Source: Octopus bimaculoides (taxonomy: Eukaryota). From it: a stretch of 64,000 nucleotides of DNA. The position numbers and the translations under genes were made by a program. Positions 55,536-64,000 of this stretch are shown here, piece by piece (the stretch's first letter is position 1; each line of letters begins with the position of its first letter). The stretch covers positions 49,602,259 through 49,666,258 of the forward strand of contig NC_068998.1 in assembly GCF_001194135.2 (NCBI RefSeq). The letters are read 5' to 3'. The notes beneath the pieces were generated by a model. The model was given only the letters and a program-made list of their open reading frames with translations, was not told the DNA's origin and searched no databases.

Positions 55536-58500
55536 TTACATACGCGAGAATACAATAATCACAGCGGCACTGATGATTATGGAATAAAGCAATGTCTGTA
55601 AAAGAAGAGAAAAATATTCATTCAGACGTTGGCATTAATAGACGCTTTGTGTAAATCAAGCGATGATACTGTACAAAATTTATTATTGCTTGATAATGAT
55701 ATATTGCCAATATGGAAGTCAAAGATATTGTAATTTCTATTTATTAATTGTTACCATGATTTTATTACATTCTTATAATATATCCATAAAGAGATAATAT
55801 GGGACGGCAGTAGGTTTCAGGAAACATTATGAGTGTTCTGTTACATCCTAATAGTAGTACCGTGTTTCCACAATAATGTTCTATCATACCATCATGTTCG
55901 CGCATGAAAGTGATATTGAGTATTTGTGTAGATTACGACTTACTCCTCTCGTTTACTTTCGTTATCCTATATCAATATACATTTGTTTTATATATAAAAT
56001 TGATCTTTTGTGTTTTTATGTATGTCTCTCTCTTTCTCTCTCTCTCGCTCTTTCTCTCTCTCTCTCTCCCTCTCCCTCTTTCTTTCTCTCTCTGTTTATG
56101 CGTGCGTATATATTGAAATTGATGATATATCGATCTAAACAAGTTTAGGGAAATGGTGCAGTCGGTTACATTGACCCCATTACTCGACTGGTACTTCTTT
56201 TATCGTTACTAAAATAACGCCATGGCAGAAATTGAAATCAGAAATTTCTAACAGACGTAATGAAGCTAAACATTTTGCCGGGGCTGCTAACAACTGTTAT
56301 AGCTCAGTGTGATACAATATAGGAATATTCCAATGGTTTACATACCGCATCATTGTTGCTAGCGTCAGTTAACGGATGCTGAAAACAAGGAAATAGAATA
56401 TTGACAAATTGAAAACTTAGCCTGGTTTTATTAAGATCCCTGCATTAAATAGATCCAAATTAGTTAAACTTCAATTTCATCACAGAATGTCGAATATGAA
56501 CTGTACCGTTAAAACCCTCATTGTAAACGTTGATTAAATTAACGAATGCAGTTATTTACTACGCAGACTTGTATATTACGTTGTTATTAGTGTTGTAATG
56601 CATCATGCCTTAAGTCGAGTAATACATTAATAGTAATATTCTATTAACGAGACACAAGTATATGTCGTTGCGTTTGGTCAGTCTATTGCTATAACAAAGC
56701 TGCCGGTAAAAGTTTAAAAAATGACACATCTTGTTTATAACGTCGTTATCTTATTTTAATGGTACTTGATAGAAATTGATAAATAGTTATATTTTATACA
56801 ATTGAGTTCATTCATTAGTACACAAATATTTCAGCGAATGAAAGGATAAATATATCTTACCAGACACATATGGTAATTGACGAACTTGAAGTATCCAGTA
56901 CAAAAATCGTTTATATCGTTAAAACAGGAGTGGTAGACTTTGTAGCTACTGTAAGATAGATGTAGAATTTCAAATGTCATATTAAAAGTACACATTTCCC
57001 TCATGGCTTGGAAGCTGCGACGCCTCAAGAGTTAGATAATACTGACAGAACATACACAGAGTGTCAACTGTAACTTCGAATTGAACTAGAACACATGTGT
57101 TTGTATAGAATCTTTGACGCGGTATAAATATATATATTAGGAAAAACGAGCTACAATAATCTCTTGCCATATCGTGGCCCACCAATCGCGCACTTGTGTA
57201 ACACGCGGTTAACTTATCGCGCACCAGTACATCGCAGTTCACTATCGCATACTGAGTACATCGCGGATTTTTGTGACTAAGATATGTAAGTTTATATCGC
57301 GGTCTTCTCAGAATATCGAAGGATTGTGTTACATCCAATTAAAATAAGATTTCAAAGCTAACATTTGACGCAACGAGATTTTTTGAGAGCTACAATTGTA
57401 ATGTTTAACACACGCATATAAATAAGCATGAAGTTTCCCTCAGGTATTAAAAGATTTGGAATGCAGTGATTACGGTGTTGAGTGTTCCGTAATAGATAAA
57501 GCACAGCGTGTAGGTGGACAGTTATTTTATTCATATAAGAATAGCCATGAATGCGCATCGGGTGTAATGAGCAGAAGAAGCAGAGATAAAACTGCAATGA
57601 AGGACAGGAAAGAATGTAGAAAAAAGCAGGAAAGAAAAGAGCTGCAAATAAAGAATTATAGAAGTAAACAGTGGAAGAAGAGAAATATAGATAGAAAGAA
57701 AAATCGAGAGGAAGGAGTGGTTAAGAAATAAAGGAAGAAAAGCAGAAAAAGGGAAAAGTGGGAAAATAAAACAAAAGAGAATGAAAGACATCCATATTTG
57801 TTGGAACTGCTGAGTAAAAGATGTGATGAAGGAAAACAGGAAATGGAAGAATAATGGGAAAAGAAATGAACTTTAGGGGAAAACGAAACAAAGAAACGGT
57901 TAAAAATTGTATAATTGACGCACGCGGATTGACTCAAATAAAATGGTGACGTTTGACTCAAGCACTGCTATAGTAAAAAGAAAATTATTTCAGATTGGGA
58001 AGGTTGATGGCAAGTTAAAAATCATTATGATTTATTACAGTTGATAGGTTAATGAAATGAGAGAGCATTAAAACATTGAAGGGGATGGAGCAAGAAATAA
58101 AAAAAAAGTTTAAAATTTGGTGAGTTCCCTTTAGGTATTATGCAGGAAATTGAGTGTCATTATATATATATATATATATATATAGAAGAAGAAGAAGAAG
58201 AAGAAGAAGAAGAAGAAGAAGAAGAAGAAGAAGAAGAAGAAGAAGAAGAAGNNNNNNNNNNNNNNNNNNNNNNNNNNNNNNNNNNNNNNNNNNNNNNNNN
58301 NNNNNNNNNNNNNNNNNNNNNNNNNNNNNNNNNNNNNNNNNNNNNNNNNNNNNNNNNNNNNNNNNNNNNNNNNNNNNNNNNNNNNNNNNNNNNNNNNNNN
58401 NNNNNNNNNNNNNNNNNNNNNNNNNNNNNNNNNNNNNNNNNNNNNNNNNNNNNNNNNNNNNNNNNNNNNNNNNNNNNNNNNNNNNNNNNNNNNNNNNNNN

Positions 58501-59334
58501 NNNNNNNNNNNNNNNNNNNNNNNNNNNNNNNNNNNNNNNNNNNNNNNNNNNNNNNNNNNNNNNNNNNNNNNNNNNNNNNNNNNNNNNNNNNNNNNNNNNN
58601 NNNNNNNNNNNNNNNNNNNNNNNNNNNNNNNNNNNNNNNNNNNNNNNNNNNNNNNNNNNNNNTATATAAATTATAGGAAGGACAAAATATATTGATAGGC
58701 ACTGGAACAAAAGAAAAACGTCAACATTATCCGGTCATATATGGTCTTTAAAAGATAAAGGTGTCAGTTACAACATCCATTGGAAGATCCTAGCCAAGTG
58801 TAAACCTTACACCAGCGGCAGCGGAAGGTGCGGTCTATGTGATATGGAGAGATGACTCATCTGGAAAGGCAGCTTAGACCCCACCACATGTCTAAATTCT
58901 AAGTTTGAACTTTTCGGATCATGTCCACATGTGGCTAAAAATTTGCTACGTCTTTGGTCCCCCTGAGTTTACTGATTGGACTTGCTTTCTATTTTTGTGT
59001 CTATCTATAAGCTTTTTATCTCTCTATAATTATTACTTACATTTCTTATATATTTTAAAAATATTTTTTAATAATAACAGGCAATGCTCCAGCATGGCCA
59101 CACTCAAATGACTGAAAGAAATAAAAGAATAAATGAATACATAAATACATAATTACGTATGTGTCAGTGTGTCTGTGAGATGACAGATGATAAAGAAATG
59201 CTTGGCATCTTGCATCTTAACATCTCACGTAAAATGGTATTATCTTCCACAGAGATACGATGGTGATGACAAACAATATCAGTATATGCTTACTTACCAA
59301 CGATCAGAAAAGGTAAAAGTATAAAGAGCTTCAT
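55536..59334 (-). CDS. G7: six-Cys paralog of the 5-exon subfamily; exon 2 unresolved (possible pseudogene, or exon in gap)
   Basis: Exons 59298-59334 (MKLFILLPFLIV), [exon 2 ?], 56861-56948 (SYKVYHSCFNDINDFCTGYFKFVNYHMCL), 56346-56378 (HPLTDASNNDA) and 55536-55595 (TLLYSIIISAAVIIVFSRM*). Sizes and phases are identical to G6. Confidence 0.75.
58690..58950 (+). mobile_element. Penelope-like element GIY-YIG endonuclease C-terminal fragment in G7 intron
   Basis: TLSGHIWSLKDKGVSYNIHWKILAKCKPYTSGSGRCGLCDMER*LIWK...CLNSKFELFGSCPH matches the typical PLE pattern (HIW.LK..I.W.I..PY..C.LC..E..LN...E...C.H), with an internal stop. Confidence 0.8.
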
Positions 59335-59849
59335 CGTGTATATTCACGTTCAAATCAATGACTGTTTTATTGCAACATACACACTATTCTGTCATATATA
59401 AACTACAATTATGTAACACGTGTTTCTCCATACTGTGTTCGAAAGTCATCAACTAATTTAGATGGCATGTTCAAACAATTTTCAAGAAGTGTTTGAAGAT
59501 TTAAAAAAGAAATTGATTTATGTTTCCGTTTCGTATTTGTATAAGCAATATTTCAATATTTATACAGAGTGCACACAATCAACACATTTGTATCAAATTC
59601 ATAAATAAAGTGTCAAAATATGTGTGTACGTACACGTTCATACTTTCGTAAATGTGTTATTTTGTCTTCGTAAATAGAAACTTACGTTTTAAACTCACAT
59701 TCATGAATACATACGCACACACGTAGAATCGTACATATCCGAAGGCGTACTGATGTATGCATGCATGTAGGTATGTAGACACGCATGAATATATATATAT
59801 ATATATATCCTCTCTACCTCATCTCTCCCTCTCTCCCGCTCCATATAAA

Positions 59850-59897
<48 letters not shown>

Positions 59898-61582
59898 CAT
59901 GCTCCTACCTCCGCATGCGGAGACCTACATTACCATTCAGGTTATAGCAATCAACAGCAGCAGTACGCAACTCGAACTGCTTTGATATCGAAATCGTTTC
60001 CTACAACTTCCGAATATGTTGGCCCATACAAAGTTGTAAAAAGCGACGCTGAAACAGAGAATAATGATTTTCGTTTGTCCTATTTGTACCTTGCTATTTT
60101 ACCATTGAGGACGAAGACTTTTGTGGAAACATCCCGTCTAGAAAAAAGAAAGTAAAAACGCCGATTGATGGGTACGAATGTACACCTGTAATGAATTTAG
60201 CTTCAAAGGATTTTCCTTATCTTCACAGCAAATTCTGTCCTAGATGGAGGGTGGAAAGGAACACCCCTAAGCACTGAATATATCAGTAAAAATGAACGTA
60301 TTATCACGATTATAAACACCTGTATATATCATCAAATAACTTCATAAAACAGAAATACTAGGAATCAAGGACTTATTTTACTAATTAGAATGAATAAGGA
60401 AAAGCAACTAATGAAACTAAAATATATTTCTGGTTTAATGTATATTAAAGCCTTCAAATACGTGTTTCTCAACATCGACTTGAAATATCATAGTCGTAAA
60501 CATAAACTGCATAAGCATGTTGATATTTTGCTTTGAATACAAAACAGCCCAATAAACAGTCAGATGCTTTTAATCCATGCAATTACGCAATTACACGTCT
60601 ACATGAAACGCGTGTACTTCAAGTATATCAATAGAGAATATCATTAGTCAATGTGGTTCAATGTGTAACTGTGTCATTAACACCAGCTGATGATTTAGAA
60701 TAATTGTTTCTATAAAAATGACATGCTGTCGTGAAATCAATGATCCGGATAGAGCTATGAGTTTCAGATGAAACTGGAAATACTCGCCGAATAGGGAAGC
60801 AAAACCAAACTCCTTCATTCACCGAATGTCGTATATTAGAGAAGGTTTCTAGTAGTGAATGTGTATCGAAACGAAACGTATACGATCGAAGGGAAGCTGT
60901 TAGGAATCTGATGGATGGTATACTGTGTCCAGCCGGGCAACATTTCGCCATGCAACGGCATAAACCAAGGAGCCTCAAATTTAGCGCATACATGTTGTCA
61001 TAGGTAACAGTTACCTTCTCCTCATCGATTCAGTTACTAATGGCAACCATTTTGTAAATTGCTAGCAAACATATTTTCGACAATGAGTGAAATCCATGTG
61101 ATAGCTGTTAGAATAATTGGAGAGATCCCCGTCCGCCGAACAAGTGGGCTTCGAAACGCAAGAAAGAAACCCCAAAACGAATTAATATCAACTCTGCAAA
61201 TTTTAACTAAGAAGTGTGCATCTGATGCGTTTGGATAAATATTTTATTATACTAATGGTTTAACAACACCTCAATCGATATTTATTCCTTTACTTACTTG
61301 TGAAAATTTACATAAGGTTTTAATTTCAATTTTACGAGTTGTCCCAACCACTTTACACCGTATGAGATTGGTGAATGTATATCTAGATTAAGGAAATTGA
61401 AATAAACTCTTCATTTCTTTTGTCATGCTGAGGCAACTGATAGCTGTAAGTCTGCGGGAAAATAAAACACATATGTAGACACACATGTCGTGACCATGTC
61501 TGAGATTTATATGTACGAGTATCCAAACATACTTGCATACATATATAGAAACACATCTATCTATCCATCTATCTATCTATCC

Positions 61583-61649
<67 letters not shown>

Positions 61650-63834
61650 AGTGTGTGTGTATGTGTGTGTGTGTGTGTCTGTGTGTGCGTGTGTGTGCGT
61701 GTGTGTGCGTGTGTGTGCGTGTGTGTGCGTGTATGTGTGCGTGTGTGCGTGTGTGTGCGTGCGAGTGCGACTTATACATACATGATAATACACACCATCA
61801 CTTACACTCACACAAATACGCGCACTATATATAGACGTACATGCATATTTCACTTTCTTCTCTCTTTCACTTTCTACTGTCACTTCAAAGCAAATGTCAC
61901 ATTTTCACTTTGTCCTGTCTTTCAATTTCTGCCCTCTTCAAAGCATTAGGAAAAAAAATTAGGAAATTAATGAACAATCATATGATCCCATATGATCGAG
62001 TTGACAAATTTGCTGTTTCAAACGAAAGAATGCCATAAAATAACTTCTTTGGGGCGCTCGCACACACACATACACACCACAGGCACACACGCGCGCACAC
62101 ACACACGCGCGCGCACATGCACTCACACACGAGATAAAACTGTTGCACAAACTATATTATTTCTTGCTGTGTGTACGCGCAAAATTACAGGTCAAGTCCA
62201 ATTCAAATGACCTTTTTTCTATTCTGTATTTTGTGTTTGTGATGAGTGTATGTAAAAACGTGGTCTTCAATACACGAAGTTTTCCAGAAATCCTGTCTGT
62301 CACCCGTTACTTCTAGCATGTCCATGGTGACATTAGCGCAGCCCATCTGATATTTTTTTCCTAAGATGCTTCTTTCAATTCTAATGTTTGCGATACAAGA
62401 GATCAGGTTTTTGCCGCCCCCCCCAAAAAAAACACATTAATAATATTTTTTCTCCCTCCCAAAAGCAATTTATTTTTAGTTTTTTATAATGTTTTTTTTT
62501 TTCTTGGTGAGACACGCAAAATACAGCATTTATGAAAAACATGCCAGGCAGAATCCAGCATATGTAGAGGGACATACCCATCTTTTTGCAATTACCTGAT
62601 GTAACAGAAACTTCACAGATTGATGCAACACAATTAGACGCACTATATCCTACCCATAACGAGTAGTTGCAGGATGTGTTAAAACGATCGTCGTACGGGC
62701 CTTTATTGTATTCCGTTTACCTAATCTAACCAACAAGCATTTGGCATTTTCTTTGCTATGGTAGATGATTGACCAATGTTTCATGCAGTGTGATTGACCC
62801 CAGAAACATTTAGTTGTGAAACAACCACATTGTTCTCTCACAAATTTGCCAGCACCGATGTTATATTTATAGTGGTATTTTTTGTGTAAGTGTGTGTGTA
62901 AATAAGTTATGCCAGTTTAAATATGAATATTTTAGTAGCTTTTCGTATTATAATATATTTCTATTTCTTATGGAGTGTGTTATGAAATACTTCCTATTTA
63001 TAGAATTAAAACTGATAAGAATATAATTTTCTAATATTTCTTAAATGAAATACTTTTGTTAATTTTTAATTGCCACAAGCAATATATTTTTCTAAATATA
63101 TTTCTTTAATTGGGAAAACATACCTGATAATTGTCTGTATTTATTTGAAAACTTCTGTCTAGTGATTACTCTTTGTTTCTTATTTTTTGACATTCATTTA
63201 CTTAATAATTAAGTAGAAATTAATTCTTACTGACAATCATGACAGTCATAAAAATATAATTTTATGACTTAATAATGTGATTTTCGCAGTTACATTTACA
63301 TAATTTACATAATTTCTACTATTAATACTTACTGTCTCGGTTTGAAATATATTTCTTAAATATTTATTCACATTTTGAAAAATGAAGTTCGAATAATTAC
63401 TATTTATTATCCTCAAATATTCCGTGATTGCTCGCCATCATATGTGTTCAGTAAGGGTACATAGTTTATATTTACAGCTTTATCATACTGACGTATTCAT
63501 TTTCTTTGGAAGTTGTATTTGTCTGTGACCAAGTGTGCTAGATGTAATTGACTTACACATTACCGGAGACACGCTGGGTCATGCCAAAATTTGAAGCCTA
63601 TATATTTGATATCGCCACGGTGTCTAGCTGTCAGAAACGTTACTATGCCAGAGAAAAGTGCATAGCAGCATTTCGTTCGTTTGTACGTTCTAATTTTCAA
63701 TTCTGCCGAGGCTGAATTTGTCCATCACACTTTCGGGGGTCGATAAAATAAGTACCAGATGAACACTGGGGCCGATAGAATTGGTATACCCCTTCTCCCG
63801 ACATTGCTAGCTTTGTGCCAAAATTTGAAACCGA

Positions 63835-63894
<60 letters not shown>

Positions 63895-64000
63895 CGCTAA
63901 TGCAGCTGTCTGGCAGATTCGTTAACGCACCGGACAAAATGCTTAGTTCAAATTCAGCCGAGGTCACTTTGCTTTCAATCCTTTCAGGGTCAGTAAAATA

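Noticed and set aside
60658-60993. 111-aa minus-strand ORF (MYALNLRLLGLCRCMAKCCPAG...)
   Set aside because: It starts at a non-ATG codon and has no recognisable motif, family Cys spacing or supporting splice structure.

Overview
AT-rich, microsatellite- and SINE-rich eukaryotic DNA with ten N-gaps. The repeat content suggests an octopus or other coleoid cephalopod (inference from recalled repeat families, not a search). The ORF track is mostly noise from microsatellites, N-gaps and TE fragments. Reading the minus strand by hand shows a head-to-tail array of seven intron-split paralogous genes (G1-G7, about 3.7-59.3 kb) that the ORF track misses as whole genes because each exon is only 33-122 nt. 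Complete models encode ~102-115 aa proteins with a signal peptide, a six-cysteine domain C-x7-C-x14/16-C-x8-C-x7-C-x11-C and a hydrophobic, mostly GPI-signal-like C-terminus. Exon phases and GT-AG sites are shared while the inter-cysteine residues are highly divergent. Five genes can be modelled completely; G3 lacks a resolved last exon and G7 a resolved exon 2. G1 and G2 arose by a recent ~11 kb tandem duplication, and their mature-domain exons have diverged more than their flanks, which points to positive selection. The remainder is TE debris: Tx1/L1-like and CR1-like LINE fragments, Penelope-like, Tc1, hAT and piggyBac-like pieces, and tRNA-derived and other SINEs. All counts were made by hand.
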